A DNA stretch of 57,536 bases, the filler included, from Bipalium vagum (taxonomy: Eukaryota): assembly GCA_037834085.1 (NCBI GenBank). It is 3 parts of 3 records of this genome, joined end to end, with 100 filler letters (N's around TTAATTAATTAA, not from the genome) between each part and the next. Parts side by side here need not be neighbours in the genome. Positions count along the whole stretch, not along the records: positions 35,776 to 57,536 come from JBBMKC010232284.1; 2 more parts are not named here. One strand, written 5' to 3'. Under the pieces are notes generated by a model. That model saw nothing but the letters and a program-made list of their open reading frames with translations. It had not been told where the DNA came from and made no database searches. The position numbers were made by a program, and so were the translations under genes. Position 1 is the stretch's first letter. Each line of letters opens with the position of its first letter. This document shows positions 37,784-52,589 of the stretch, piece after piece.

Positions 37784-39776
37784 TAATAATAGTAATAATA
37801 ATGATAATAATAATATTATTAAGTAACATTAAAGTTATGTTAACCATAATTTGTTTGGATAATACATACTAAATAATGTAAAACGTCAGGAATAACTGAG
37901 ACCAGCAAAAGCATTTTTTTCGAAAATGAGCTCTGAATTTCTTTCAGATAATTTCATGAACAAATGAAAAATGTGCGATAATTAAAGTTGGAAAATACAT
38001 TGAAAAATGGCACTTTTTTTTTGTTTGATCAACTTTTTAAATATAAGCTCGTTCTATGAAGTTTTCTTATTATGCCTGGTCTTTACTGAATCGACTATAT
38101 TTTATAATTTCCTCTTTTCGTTTAAGAATACGAAGCCCAAAGAGTTCCGGGATCACTTATTCTCTTAACTCTTATAAATAAGTGAGAGGAATACAACTGT
38201 ACATATTGGGCAATTCTTTTTTAGTTTAAATAATAAAAACTAAATGAACCCCTGGATATATAAGATAAAAGATCAAGTCTCAAATTATAAAACTTCATTT
38301 AAACAAATCCAGAAGAAAATTAATCAACTCAGCTGATCATGGTAACGTTGATCTCAGAAATAGTAATTTTGAAGAACTGATCCTAATTTACCAGTCAAAG
38401 TGGGATCACACAAATTTAGCAGAAAATAAGGCATAAAGCCACCCATATAGATTTCATCAAAACCAAAGTGGATATACCAAACATTGTACAGAACACGTAT
38501 AATTGTATATTTTATAAGCCTAATTATAAATATAAGTAAAATATTTTCATTCTGATGACGACGACGATGATGAGGGGTGATAGCGGAATTTCAGTGATCG
38601 AACTGGTGAAATATTTATGAAATTTGTCAATGTCAATTGATACAATCAAAGTTGCTTTGAACTGATAAGAACATAATATTAATAATAAATAATTAAAAAA
38701 ACAGTTTTAATCATTAATACAATTTTTCGAATCGAATCTTCTACCATCATTGAAGCACACACTTGAAAATATTTACGACCTGTTTCAAAGGGCCACTCAT
38801 ATTTTATTTATATTATTTATTTATATTTATTCTAAGTTTATCTATTATACCATTATGATATTCTTAATTTAAGCAATTGTTTCTATGATCGCGTCCACCT
38901 GAAATATTACCCAAACCAAAAAATAACTTGAGTATCTTTAATATATTCCTTTTGGAGATTTTTTTTAATAATTTTAGATTTAATTAAATAAATTCCGTTT
39001 TTAACACACGCCTTAAGAAAGAAATTCATTAACGTTAAATACGGAAATCTTGTCGCCTATTCATTGGATGTTCATTAAAACAACCGATTACAGGAGTCTA
39101 GACTTTCAACATTTGAGATCCACATAAAAGAATCAAGAGATAAAGCTGGAACTAAGCTTATTTCCTGTATTCCAATGAAAAACGAAACCGATAATTACAT
39201 TAGGAAAAGTGTATATCTTATTATGAAAATTTTTTTAAGAAAACCATTCTTCATTTGTTAGACAAAAATGGATGAGGTTTGGATTTATTGAAGAAATCTC
39301 TTCACAAATATTTCTTTTTGCAAATCTCCAAGAAATTTCTCAATATTTTTCCCATTTCTTTTTACTAAATGGAATTACTAAACTGAACTAATCCACTGTA
39401 ATATTATTGAAGTGACATATTCCTTTACCTTTTGAAAAGGCAAATCTTTTAGTTAAAGATCTTTGCAAATTGCTTCATGATAAATGTTACTGTAATGAAT
39501 GCAGTCAGTGAAATGTAAAATTAGTTTTCATTATTTTCTATTTTTGTATTTTTTTTCTTGTCATAATACAACAAAATTAGAAAATTTTATATTATATTTT
39601 ATATATAAAATAAATAATGGATGTAACAATGTTTGTCCGTGTTTTTATATATATCGTATTAATAATTTGTGAAAATCACTTTTTTATGTTTTATTATATA
39701 TAAATAAACGTTTTGTTCTACTATGGTGACTATGAATCCCAGAGAGGTCATATTTAATGAGACCTTTTCTTTCTAG

Positions 39777-39927
39777 GACCAATACTGCCTTAATATTCGT
39801 GTAAATGATCTTGGTGTTCCAATCTCTCTGTCGGCTACTGGTACAATATGTATTTTAATATCAGATATCAACGACAATACCCCAATTATTTCTATTAAGA
39901 ATATTCAAACTGAATCGGATTCTGAAG
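39777..39927 (+). CDS. Protocadherin exon (end of penultimate cadherin repeat); 3' boundary 39927 or 39969
   Basis: ttctag acceptor. Translates DQYCLNIRVNDLGVPISLSATGTICILISDINDNTP, a direct continuation of FDREKE from the previous exon. Confidence 0.85.
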
Positions 39928-40569
39928 GTCATTTTTGTTATCCTTTTCATTCAAAATTCATTAGCAATTGTGAGTGATGCCTGTTCACTCGCTTTGCAGT
40001 AAGAATTTAAACAATTCTGGTGACTGGTTTCCTGATTAACTGATAATAAGTTTTATAATTTAATAATAATATTAATAATAATATGTAAGTGACTTCCAAA
40101 CAGTAAATTTCACGTAATATATTGAAACATCATCAATATCATTATAATACGATTTGATCTGATTTACTTTTAAAACCGTGATCTTTATGACTTTACAACC
40201 ATTTTATGATTTTCTTTCTATTGGCAAGTTATTGACGTACCTTTGCAGAATTGAATAAATAATTTTCATTGGGACATGATCTTGTGAAAAATACACACTG
40301 TGATTTTTAACATCTCAATGATTTCTCTCAGAAAAGTTGTACACGTGTTTTCTGAATACTTCTTGTTTTGTCATCATTTTATAAATAATATTTAAAAGTT
40401 AAATATGAATCAATTAAATGTATAAGAACCATTGGTTAAACTAATAACTACATTTATCAATCATCACATCGTTATAAACTTTTGTTTTGCATTACATTAT
40501 TATGAAATTTTATTGGACGCCATTACGAAATAAATAAAAATAATGAAAACATATTTTTAAAAGGATAAA

Positions 40570-41088
40570 CGAATTCGCTAGAAAGATAGTAACTGTTTTT
40601 TTTTGGAATTTACAAGGTGTCATTCTAATCGCTTACATAGAAAACGAAAGAAAAAGTTAATAATAAAAAGTATTATGCTGTTGTATTGGGTCGCTTGAAG
40701 AAAGAGAGTTAGATAAAACAGATATACATGAAGAAAAAGAGTGCAGTTTCATCACGAAAATTGGCTGCCTAACAAAACACTTAGTGATAAAATGAACAAA
40801 TGCACTTTGAACTGTTATCCCAATCACTCCATGTGACTTAACTCCGTCTTCTTTTTTCTATTTGTAAACATTTACCAGCAGAAATTTTTATTTAAATGTT
40901 GAATTCATTTATGAAATAAATCTCTATTTTGGCGGGTGAATAAACCATACTACAAAGAAGAAATAGAGAAACTTAAAAAGCTTAAGAATAATTTTATTTA
41001 GGTTTAGAAATTATATTAAAAAATAATCTTTTTGTGAAAATACATTTATTTTGTTTTATTTTTCAAGGATTTATTAAACCTTCCTCAT
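40570..41088 (+). mobile_element. Decayed mariner 3' half
   Basis: ARKIVTVFF/WNLQGVILI and FHHEN, with a TIR-like end. Confidence 0.6.
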
Positions 41089-42164
41089 ATACCATCTCTA
41101 CTTTAGTTTTTATCTGATTTAAAAATCAAATTATGTAAGATTCCTTAACCAATGGTCACTAATATCAAGAACCAATGATTTCTTTATTCACAGTTTGTGA
41201 AATCCAAGCTTTAAAATCATTGTCATTAGACCCTTACCACTTGGAAAAGGTTAGGAAGATGCAAAAATTCCCATCTGTCTCAGATCTTCAATTATTTTAT
41301 TGAACCCACTATTGATTATTATTTTCCAGGAAAAGTCCGGGAAACCGATCTTGCAATATTATTTCTTCTTTGAAAAAGATGAAGAAAATATTAGAAAATA
41401 ATAATGAAATGAAAAATGAATCGAAGCAGACATCACATGAAAAAATATATTTCATAAAATCAATATATAAAAATAATATAAAATAAATTCAACTCAAATT
41501 TAAGAGCGCTTATGGATTTTTGGAAATTTATTTATCATTGTTGATTTATTTACATTAAACATTATTTTGGTCGTGTATCCAATTTCGGAATATGACTGCA
41601 GAAATAATTTTCCCTTTATCAAAGTCAAATATCCACAGAATTAGGCCTGTTTATTTATTCTCAATTACCAAATATTTTGTTAATCAATTTCATGAGGAAC
41701 GATGGAGATCGCATTTCTGACCAAATTTCGCAAATATTAATATTTTTATACGTTTATTATAAAAACTCGTTATTATATATTTATTTATTTTAAAAAAAGA
41801 ATTATCACTAATTTTTATTAATTGATTTAAATTATAAACGACTAAAAATATGTTTAATTTAATTTTTTGATAATTATTTTAATAATGATATTAATAGCTT
41901 TTGTTTTAATTTATAGAGGAAAATTTACTATTTTAGTTATATTTCTTATTATAATAAAATGATTATAATTATTCATAATTACTGTTTTTAAACGGATTTT
42001 AGTTTTTTAAAAAATTTATAACGTGCCTGGATATTAAAAATGTTTTTTTATTAAATTAAAAAAATGTTTTTAAATTTTTAAAACTATAATATTATTTTGT
42101 TAAATAAGAAAAATTTGATTAAGTATTATTATTTTTTATGGCAGAAAAGTATATCTTTTTAATT

Positions 42165-42315
42165 ACGTAGTGAACCCAATAAGTCCGTGCACTAACTAGG
42201 AAAGCAATTTAATGGAAACACTCAACTTTTACACAGTTACATATAAGATGTATAGACATCACTTTTTAACATAAGATCCATTTACATCCATACACTTTTT
42301 CCAGCATTTAGTTTC
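42165..42315 (-). mobile_element. Mariner 3' end fragment
   Basis: Minus-strand CWKKCMDVNGSYV followed by a TIR-like end. Confidence 0.55.
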
Positions 42316-42329
42316 TTTGTTCAATTGCT

Positions 42330-43200
42330 AAATAGTGATTTTTCATGACTTTAAGCCACTTTCATAGATATTCTAGACCAATTTGTTTTGAAATTTTAAA
42401 GATTATATCGTTTCTGAAGACTTTGTTTAAATTCTCTTTTAGTCAAGCCCTAAAAATTTTCGATAGGATTCGCTTGAGTTAAGTTAGGAGATTTTTTGTT
42501 TCGGTACATATTTGATATTATTCTTCTCTAATTCCTCCAATAGATCTTTTGTATAATGTATGGTGGCCAAATCTGAAAGTAAATTTTTTTCGCATCAATA
42601 GATTTTATAAAGAGAACTAAAATTTGCCTAATACATTCTTTTAAATAAATATCGCTTTTCATGGCACCTTCATAAATGTAAGGCAAGCTTATTTTTCCCG
42701 ATGAAGAAATTTCTTGCCAAACTAAAAACTTTTTATAATATTTTTCTTTTTTAATAACCTCTAGTGATGGATCTAACTGCACTCCTGGTATTTCTGAGTA
42801 AAACTCTTTACCAATCTTGGTTTGGATATGCTAGTACGTAAGTCTCATCATTCATGACATAAATAAAATTTTCATCAGATGATACTACTTTATTGTAAAT
42901 ATACTTGCTCCCTTTTCGTGCTATTAATTCTTGATTTTTGATATACTTTCATTTTTTCCTTTTAGTGTGTTTTCATACTGAGTGTCTGTTTTATTCTGTG
43001 AACACCTTTATGATGAATATCCAAATTTTCACCTATTTTGCGAACCGATTTTGACGGATTATTTATGAATGAGGATCTCACTCTCTTTTGGTTTCCTTTG
43101 GTATTTATTGTTCTTGGACGATCAAATTTCTTTATACATTCTATACAATCTTCATCTATAAATAGCTTTAACATACCTTGTATCGATCTTCTTGGCATAT
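42330..43200 (-). mobile_element. ITm DD37E transposon (decayed)
   Basis: HTH/RPR N-terminus, VMNDETY, KKFLVWQEISSSG, YLKECI and DLATIHY...YVPKQK/PNLTQANPIE. The D-to-E spacing is 37 after correcting one frameshift. Confidence 0.8.
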
Positions 43201-44144
43201 TTTCAGCAAATAATGGTCAATTGTCAATTTACGATTTCTATTATTTTCTTGGAAATATTCAATTATTAGGTTGGGTCTATTTTAATAAAAATACCGCTCA
43301 TTTCTATCTAATTTCCACATGTTATATATGAAAGTTAAGCTTACTTAATTTTTTAATAGAATATCAAAAAATTTCCAATCAATACTTAAATGATTCGAAA
43401 AATTTTGGTTGTTTAAAGTATGCAGTATTACTTTTGAAACAAACTATGGTTACAAATAAATTTTCAATGCATGACAAAATTATATGTTCTTCCCACATAT
43501 ATGCTTTGACTTGTCTCAGTTTGATAGTAGAACAGCTAACATGACGACAACAACCAGAGAGGTTTTAGTCAAATCTCATGCTGCAGTTATGTAGAATACC
43601 GGATAGGGTGTAGAAATTCCTTAAAAAGTGTAATTACTATCTGTATGTTTGCCTGCCAAAAAATGTTAGAAGATTAGAAGTGATATGATTGATGAAAAAT
43701 GATCTTAGAGAAAAGTATGAATTAATGGATCAAAAATTAGATTATGAAGGGCAACTGAAAGAGGCATTCAGAAAATCAAAATTAAAGATGATTGATCTCA
43801 AAAAAGCTTTAAATTATAAAATTTAATGAAACAAGATCGATTTATACATGAAAAGTTAGTAAAGTAGTAGACCGATTAATGTAATATAAATGATAGAAAG
43901 AAACCCCGATAGTGAATTGATAGAAAGATGTAGAAACATTTTTAAAGAAGAAAATAAAATATTGTAAATAAAATGAAGAGATTATATATAGAAAGATTGG
44001 TACAGGTTAAATTAAATGTGGTCAATTACAGAGATACATTGTTGATGAAAACCGATTTAAGAAGCCAAAATTCATATACCACTAGCCCTCTAACAACAAC
44101 GTCTACAAGAAGGAAAATAGATAATAATTAGAAAGAACCAGACT

Positions 44145-44900
44145 AGAAGTTGTTTGCTAGAATTATAAAATGGGACATAAAAACTACCAAAATCGGAAAA
44201 GAAGATAATGTTTTTTCATGTTGTTCTGAAGACCATATGAGAAGAAATTCTATAGAACTAAAGTACAATTGTTGCCAATCGAGAAGCTCAAAATAAGCGA
44301 AGCCCTTCCATATTCTAACACACGCATAACAAAATTTTCCTGGAATGAATTTCAAATTTCATGCACAGATTTGATTTACATTTTGGACATCCATCCCTTT
44401 TTATTAATATTGCCATATAAATACCATTTTTCATCACGAGTGATGATCAATCCTAAAATTTGACGATATTATTTCTGAGTTATTATTATCTCAGCACACA
44501 CCTTGAGTGGACGATCCTTGTTTGATTGACTAAAATCATGTGCTATCCATGTTGTATGTTTCTTTCATCTTTCCCATAGTTTTGAGATGATTCGGAACAG
44601 TCTGAGAAGAACAATCCATTATTTTGGCAAATCTCGCATCGTTTGTTTCGGATCTTCATAAAGTACTTCCAAATACCATTCATTATTAAAGGCAGATGGT
44701 CTCTTTGCTCTTTGTTCATTATTCATGTTGAAATTTTGAGTTTTGAATCTCGAGGGGTTCTTTCGGAAATAAATCCTTTCTCATATACACTACATATATT
44801 TCGAGTTGATTCTGAGGCTTTGGAACAACGATTAAATTCATATAAGGGATTTGTTAGAGAGTTATTAGAGAATATTAGAGAGAGATTTAGTTTTATCTTC
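44145..44900 (-). mobile_element. Decayed mariner
   Basis: WKGFAYFELL motif and a GRPL HTH-linker remnant. Confidence 0.6.
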
Positions 44901-45502
44901 TTGGCACAATTTTTTAAAACTCTATCAATAAATAAAGCTTATTATTACAATCCTTCAGGCATAATGTAGATCGATTGAAGCCAGATATCTTGGAAACTTT
45001 ATGTAATCAGATCCCAAAACAAAGGTTATCTAATCTTCTCCGTTTCATGTCAGCAAAGACTTACGGAAGTTATCTAGGCTAAGGGAGGCTTCATCAATTA
45101 TTACAGACTAAAGTAGTATTTGTTCATATTTATTCTAATGTAATTGGATCTCTATGTTAAAAACACGGAATAAATTTTTGTTCATGGTATCAGGTAAGGT
45201 ATTGTATATGTGTCAGCTTATATGAAAAAGTGAAGAAATATCTCAGAATTTCTGATAGTATCAGATCACTCTTTATCCTTATTGAATTAATAGAGTTTTA
45301 AGAGATCGGATCTTTAAGTACATTATTATTCGAAGAAAGTCTAATCAATTAAATGCTTATTAGAGATTTCTTCTCTAAGCATTAACTAAGAGAGGAAATG
45401 CTTAAACCTTAGTCTTAAGTTATGCCACCTGAAGTCCTTCCAGAAAGAAAATAAGTACATATAATTTTATATAAACATATTTTAGTTTCAGCAATGTTTA
45501 TA

Positions 45503-46460
45503 TTAGGGTAATACGTAAGTAATTTCGATTTTATAGAAAACTTTAACAAGCAGAAAATAATACAGAAGTATCTTAATTAAATACGTAGACACCATTGTTT
45601 TCTAAGATGTCACTCCTTTTAAAATTAATTTCATGATATCCTCTTTATAAAAATTTACTGTCTTTGTATCCATAAATACTTGAGATGTAATATATACAGC
45701 TTCTTAAGAGACAAACTTTTTCGACCAAGAAATAGTTTATTATCCAAAACATATGTTAGTCAAAAGGTGCAATACCATGACTGGACAAGTTCAAGATAAA
45801 AGTTCTCAAATAAAGTTAATAACCTTTTGGATTATGTTTTTGTGGTATTCGGTAATAAACTCCATTTGGTAATGACTCCATTTCCGTTCTCCAAAACTGG
45901 CTACTTTTCAGTCTCTTCAACTGACAAAAAAAACACATTCGTGCTTATTGCTTCATCAGTTTGTAGCATCTTGAAATGCATAATACCCTATGTGGACCAT
46001 GAAGCGCATAATATTAGCTTTTCCTCATGAAAAACCCATTGGTTTTGTACGACAATTCCATTTTTCGTCACCAGTTATCATACCATTCAGAAAGTTCCCA
46101 GTTTCTTGTTTGGAAATGAGTATTTTGTATGTTGAAATAACTTTCTGTGTTGACTATCGATTCAGTCATGAGAAGTCCATATTCCAATCTTGCTTTCTTT
46201 ATTTATCTTCTTTTCCTTGTTGATTCATAACTTTTCCAACCAGTATTTGGCATGGATATTTTCAACTAAAACTCTGTTTAAGATTGAGAGGTAAATTAAA
46301 ATTTCCGACTTTAAACCTACAAGACCATATTGGATAAATTTGATTAATTGACCTTTCAGTCCCTTATTCAATTTTACCATGAAGAAATTCGTAAATCATT
46401 TGGCTCCATTTGAGATCCCCATTTGGCATTCTGTATATCATTTCAGCATATTTAGAACAT
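45503..46460 (-). mobile_element. Decayed mariner
   Basis: TA-TTAGGG TIR-like end; minus-strand MITGDEKW at about 46080-46058. Confidence 0.75.
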
Positions 46461-46950
46461 ATTTATCAGATTACTAGAAAAATATTTATGTATTAAACAC
46501 ACTTGATAAAATTGCCAAAAACGTGGTTTTGATATACTTAAATAATTTACTAATTGATTGAACGAGAATTATTAAAAATACCATTACTTGTGTTAACAAG
46601 TAATAATCAACGAATTATAAAACAGATTGAATATGTAAATATTTCTTTTTAATTGTTATCATAAGAATGACTTCTTTCATTTATAAAATAAATTATATTG
46701 CTAAGAGTGATATGTCTAATTGTGATTTGAGCGAAATTTTTTGTTTAATTATTCTTGTCGAAATATATTTATTTTAAACTCAAAAAATCTGTTGCGGTTT
46801 TATTTATATTTTAAATTAACAAATGAATTTTTTAAAATATATATATTTATTGTTCTATTCAGTAGACCCAATCCATTTAAATATATTTTAATTAAGTAAA
46901 AACTATGTATAAAATAACTTTTAAGAATAAATTTCTTTTTTTATATCTAG

Positions 46951-47252
46951 GACCGAAAAATATTTCTCAACTTCTCAACAATGACATAATTATAGCTTCG
47001 ATCCATGAGAAAACTGGACAAAAAATTGCTACAATTACAGCCGATGATCCAGACAAAGATGATAATGCAAAGGTTAAATTCGACCTGAGAGAAATAATAG
47101 ATGATGATTCTCCTATGAAACATTTGTTTACAATAGATGAACATGATGGAACCATCAAAATAAATAGGGCTATGTCCAGAGATAATGCTGGGGAACATAA
47201 AGTTAGAATAATTGCTCATGATAAAGGTGTTCCTCCCTTAAGTGCAGAAAAG
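46951..47252 (+). CDS. Protocadherin exon (membrane-proximal cadherin repeat)
   Basis: atctag acceptor. Motifs ITADDPDKDDNA, FTIDEHDGTI and AHDKGVPPLS. AAG|GTTAGT donor (phase 0). Confidence 0.9.
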
Positions 47253-49554
47253 GTTAGTTAGATTTAGCATCATCATTTATTTATGAATAAATTTTATTTA
47301 TTAAATATTTTATATTGAAAAAAAAAATTTAAAAATTAACTTAAATAGTGCAATAAATAATAATAATAAACCGAAATTGAGTAATATTGCACTTTATTTG
47401 ATGAAAAGTTTGGAATTCACATTTTCAACGTTGTGATACTTGAATAATTATATTATTAATAATATTACTATTATTATTGTTATAATTATTTTAATTGTTA
47501 TTTTTTGTTATTACTCTCCTACATTTAATAATAAGATTTATTTTTTATGATATTTGCCAATATTATATTTTCTCTTAAATAATTAAATATTGTAATTTTT
47601 TTCTAAAATATTTTATCAAATTCTGAATGGTTAAAATTATTTTTATAAAGAAGTTTTAATTAATCGGAGTACACACTGACAATCTAGTGTTTTTTACTTT
47701 CTTCTATGTGGATTTTAACATCTGGTTACTTGTTTGAAACTATTAGAAATTTATAATTGAGAAATATTATTTAAAAAATATTCAAATTCAAAAGAATTAG
47801 GAAAAAGGAGTAAAAAAATAACATTTTCAAAATAGTTTAGAATCTACAAGAACGTTATAGAAAACATGTAGAACATCTGAAAGTAAATTCGCCAACAGCG
47901 AAAGTGATGAATTATTAAAAAATTATAACGTCAAACCTGCAATATTTCAAGGTAATATTGTGTACAATATAAATGTTATTGTTTTAATAGCTTATGGTGG
48001 ATACACCATCATCTCAGAACACGTATTAGTGAATTTATGCAATTAAACAGAACCAATAAATTCTTAGACCATTTCATAAACTGCATTGTGCAAAAAGGTA
48101 CAGTTACCACAGAGGAATTGAGAATAATTATGATACCGTTAAGATATCGAAAAGCATCATTATTAATGAAAGAACGGAAACCAGGTATTACATTCAAAAT
48201 AGGTGAAAGTAAAAACCTATGGATTGTCAATGTGTTCTGTGACTAATTAAAAATATCATTTTAAAAAAGAACATATAGATTTACTTTTTATTAAGTTTTG
48301 AAAGTAAAAAATTTATTGATTACATCAATTAATTGATAATGCAATTTTCTTTTGTTTCGATATTTTTCATCCAGATCTTTTTCAGTTATTTTTAATATCC
48401 TGCTCAAATATCACTTTCTTTAAAAAAATTGAAAGAGTAAATTCAAGATTGTTTTTAAAAGAGATTTCTTCATCGAACAAAATCAATGTTAATTTTTAAT
48501 GAAGTTTATAAAAAATTGATTTTCAATCGAAAATAAATGAAGATCATTTATAAAAATCATGAATGAGAATGATCAAAAGATATCTCAAATTTTTATTGTA
48601 ATAAGTAAAATTTTGTTCGCATGGAGATTCGTCAAATCTCTAAGGCTGGTTAGTATTTTTACAAGGCAAAATATTTATTTATATTAAATTTCCGCAATAT
48701 TAAATTACGAAAAAAATTTTCAAAATCTCATAAATTATCATAACCAGAACTTTGACATATTGGAAAAATGTTCATAACTAAAAGTAAAATCAATTAAAAC
48801 AAGAAAATTTATTTTTCATTGAATTAAGAAGTTAAATTTCGATTATTTTTTAAAACTTGTTTAAAATTAAATTCAAATTGTAATAATCTCACTTAGAACA
48901 CTTTTTCATTTAAGTTCATATGGTTTCATTAATAAGATTTTACGAATAGTTGTTTCTACTACCATATTTTTGCTGTTGAATGTTTTTATTATTTCTATGA
49001 TAGCTGAAATGTGAAAAACTCAGCTTTTAATTCTTGATCTTCAATGATTTTATTATCATTTTATTATACCGGTAATTTCATCTTGTGGATTTTGAATACT
49101 GAGAGAAAGGCACTAATAACAATAGATAATAATGTATCTTTTAAAATTTATAATTAAATAAAACACCAAAGGTTTGAAAAAGATTGCCCTTCAAAACACA
49201 CACAGACACACACTTAATAGATCATGTCTACCAGCCTATTTTATTTTAAAATTTGTATTTTAGCATTTATCATTTAAACTGAAAAAAGGTTTAATAATCA
49301 TCTAAGTAATTTATTTTGTTCACACATCGATTAATAAAACAAAAATTGGCAGATATTTTGAATTATTNNNNNNNNNNNNNNNNNNNNNNNNNNNNNNNNN
49401 NNNNNNNNNNNNNNNNNNNNNNNNNNNNNNNNNNNNNNNNNNNNNNNNNNNNNNNNNNNNNNNNNNNNNNNNNNNNNNNNNNNNNNNNNNNNNNNNNNNN
49501 NNNNNNNNNNNNNNNNNNNNNNNNNNNNNNNNNNNNNNNNNNNNNNNNNNNNNN

Positions 49555-49865
49555 TCAGAATTCAAATCAAAGACATTCCATCTCAGAATCGCAACTATCC
49601 CAGACAAAATATCAAAGTAAATGGCAATGTATTAATTGTCATTATTCTGTCAACAATATCAGCTTTTCTGACTGCTCTTTTAATTGGAGCCATTCTTTGT
49701 ATGATCCATCCTTGTTGTCAGTCAACTGCATCTCATAACGGTTATCAGGTGGACTCGAATTTGTCCAATACACAAACCTTGTTACAAAAATTACCTCCTC
49801 ATTATAGCATCAATTCATATGGTCCTTTCGAATCATCATATGAATCAAATTGGAATTTGTCATTG
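49555..49865 (+). CDS. Protocadherin transmembrane exon (5' boundary hidden in the N gap)
   Basis: The frame from 49557 reads RIQIKDIPSQ...NVLIVIILSTISAFLTALLIGAILCMIHPCC...NWNLSL, with a single hydrophobic helix. GTATGG donor at 49866. Confidence 0.82.
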
Positions 49866-49915
49866 GTATGGAAATAGTTTTTATTGCGTCCATTCTTTCA
49901 TATATTGAAATTCAG

Positions 49916-50056
49916 AATCGTAACGAAAGACTGTGCAATAATGTTAAGCTTGATTTTCTTAAGAACAACCTGGAAAAAGTGGACTATTCAGGAATCTGTA
50001 CTCCTCAAAATACGTTGTGTCATATTGACCATATGATGGGGAAACTACACAATTGT
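49916..50056 (+). CDS. Protocadherin cytoplasmic exon
   Basis: Follows a 50-bp GT-AG intron (49866-49915). Translates NRNERLCNN...GKLHNC and ends at a perfect GTAAGT donor at 50057; phase 0 on both sides. Confidence 0.75.
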
Positions 50057-51039
50057 GTAAGTGTTCATTTTCCAAAGGATAAATATAATTTTTTGTTTTA
50101 TCATTTCCATTAATAGATATCATTAACCAGAATATGTCTTTCAATATTTTAAAAAGAAAAGATCAATTTCTTTCTATTTACACTGATTACTTTACAAAAT
50201 TATCAATAATATTTTTATTATTTGTATTTTATTAATAAAACAATTAATTTTAATTCTATCCTTTGTGTTGAAAACATAATAATTTGATTTTCATTAAAAT
50301 ATAAATAAATAAAATTAAACAAAGCTCTAGATGAATAGAGATTTATTAAATGGAAAAATTAATTGTTATCTAATTGATATTTCCCCGACAGATGATATTG
50401 TTTAATTGGAAATTAATTCCAATTTTAAACTTCATTAAAATATTTTATTTTCGTATTTAATAATTTATTGATTTTAATATTAAAAATTGTGAAAAAATAA
50501 AACTTTTCTGGAAATTATATTTGGAAAAAAAGAATGAAAATTTAATTTTTTGGACTCGACTCACATCGGTGTTACCATTGTTTATGTACGACTATTTTCC
50601 TATCAACAACAATAAATATTTTCACGATAACATTATTCACTTAGGTTTTTATTTATATTTCATGTTTAATTTGACATTTATTTATTATGCATATATGATA
50701 CGTAGGTATGCATAAAAGTACTAAAAAAATTTCTACTATATGTATAATGAATATTAGTAAAACTGGAGAATTACTAAATACAATATTGCCAATTATTATT
50801 TTTATTATTTTTCAAAGGACTGTTTTGATTATTTTAAGTACGTGATTAAATGTAATGAGTCATATTATTCATCAATAAATATNNNNNNNNNNNNNNNNNN
50901 NNNNNNNNNNNNNNNNNNNNNNNNNNNNNNNNNNNNNNNNNNNNNNNNNNNNNNNNNNNNNNNNNNNNNNNNNNNNNNNNNNNNNNNNNNNNNNNNNNNN
51001 NNNNNNNNNNNNNNNNNNNNNNNNNNNNNNNNNNNNNNN

Positions 51040-51271
51040 GAATTTTGAAGCGCTTTCATTAAACGTATTTTTTCAATATAATCTTGAATGTTAATTTTTT
51101 TACAAACATTTTTATTTGAAGCATTTTATCGATTTGTTTTATTAATGTATTGAATGGAAAATGGCGTAAGGTGATAAGCAACGGTGAATATTTTGAAGTC
51201 TAACTGTATCATATTTTTATAGTAAATGTTAAAACTTCAAAAAATGGCTTTGAACTTATTTGTACACCTGA
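51040..51271 (+). mobile_element. Mariner 3' end next to the gap
   Basis: GKWRKVISNGEYFEV*, with the same TGTACACCTGA-TA end as the element ending at 30946. Confidence 0.65.
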
Positions 51272-52589
51272 TAATACAATCGAAATAATACAATTTTAAT
51301 TATATATTAATCGAAAGTGAAAATTGTGTTATTGATCATGTACTTAAACAATGATTATTTATTTACACTCTAAAGACAATTTTTCATTAGTTTTGCTATT
51401 TGCTTAATTAATTATTGTAACAATTCATTTATTTCGTTATTTATTCATTTTAAACTTTTTCTTTCATTGACTGGCTGAATCTATGGCTCTTTCAGTCAAC
51501 AGCTTTAGAGAAAATGGTTTCAGTAGACAGAGCCTGCCCATATATAATAGTAAAAGTATTTATTAAATTATTTCGAGACTTGTCGAATTATTATTATTAT
51601 TATTATTTATTATTTCTAAAGAAAAATAAGATATAAAAATTCCCAAAACTAGAACTAGAATAGAAAGAAAAATACCTTCATTTTCATTTGATAAAAATTT
51701 TTAGGAATTTTCTGAAGAATTTGATATTAAAATGGATAATGAAAATAATATTTTAATCATGTTTAACTTTTAGGACAGTAAAGGTTTCTTGTCAAGATAA
51801 AATACACTACTGGTCTGATAAAATGTTTATAAAGAAACTAACATAGGATAAAGAGCAAATTGATACGAAATGTGGTAAAGTCAGAAGAAGGTGAAAAAGT
51901 GGAGTCGGGAAAATCGAATAAATGATAGAGATAATTATTGATGAATTTTATGGACCAAAATTTATCTAACAATAAAAAAGAAAAACGTAATATTAAGACA
52001 AATAAGAAAGAAATGAATATGGAAACATAATTAAAATTCCTTATTCAGACACTTTCCACAGTATCAGAAACAAAATTATAAAGGATATACATCAATGCTC
52101 AATCAACTAAAAAAACTAAGAACTTTCTAAATATCAAGACTGCGACTTTTACAATTTTCAATGGTATGGATCTAATCCCAAGAATTCATCTCAAAACTCA
52201 AATTACGGAGTTATCACACAAAAACAGAACAAACAAAGTGATGGATCATATAATCAAGTTGTGGTAATTAATAAATTCAATAATGATATAGAAAAGAAAG
52301 TTTAGGGTCACTGATAATCAAAAGACCTGAGATGAAAGCACAGAATGGGGAAGGCAGAAATTTATGGATGAATAATGTTTCCTAAGATAATATTATATTA
52401 AGAATAAATACCAAAAGTTTTATTTTAAAAAAATATACCTTTTTTAAAGCTATAATTCTTTTTCACTAATTTTAAATTTTGTATATTGCTCATTTTTGAT
52501 AAAACCCACCACTAGGAAAATTAAAACTGAACAAATAAAATTATCAAATGCACGAAACAAATAAGCCTATATAGAAAACATGTATGGAT

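Noticed and set aside
49316-49738. ORFs spanning N runs (also 50842-51059)
   Set aside because: Gap artefacts; the real TM exon is in a different frame.
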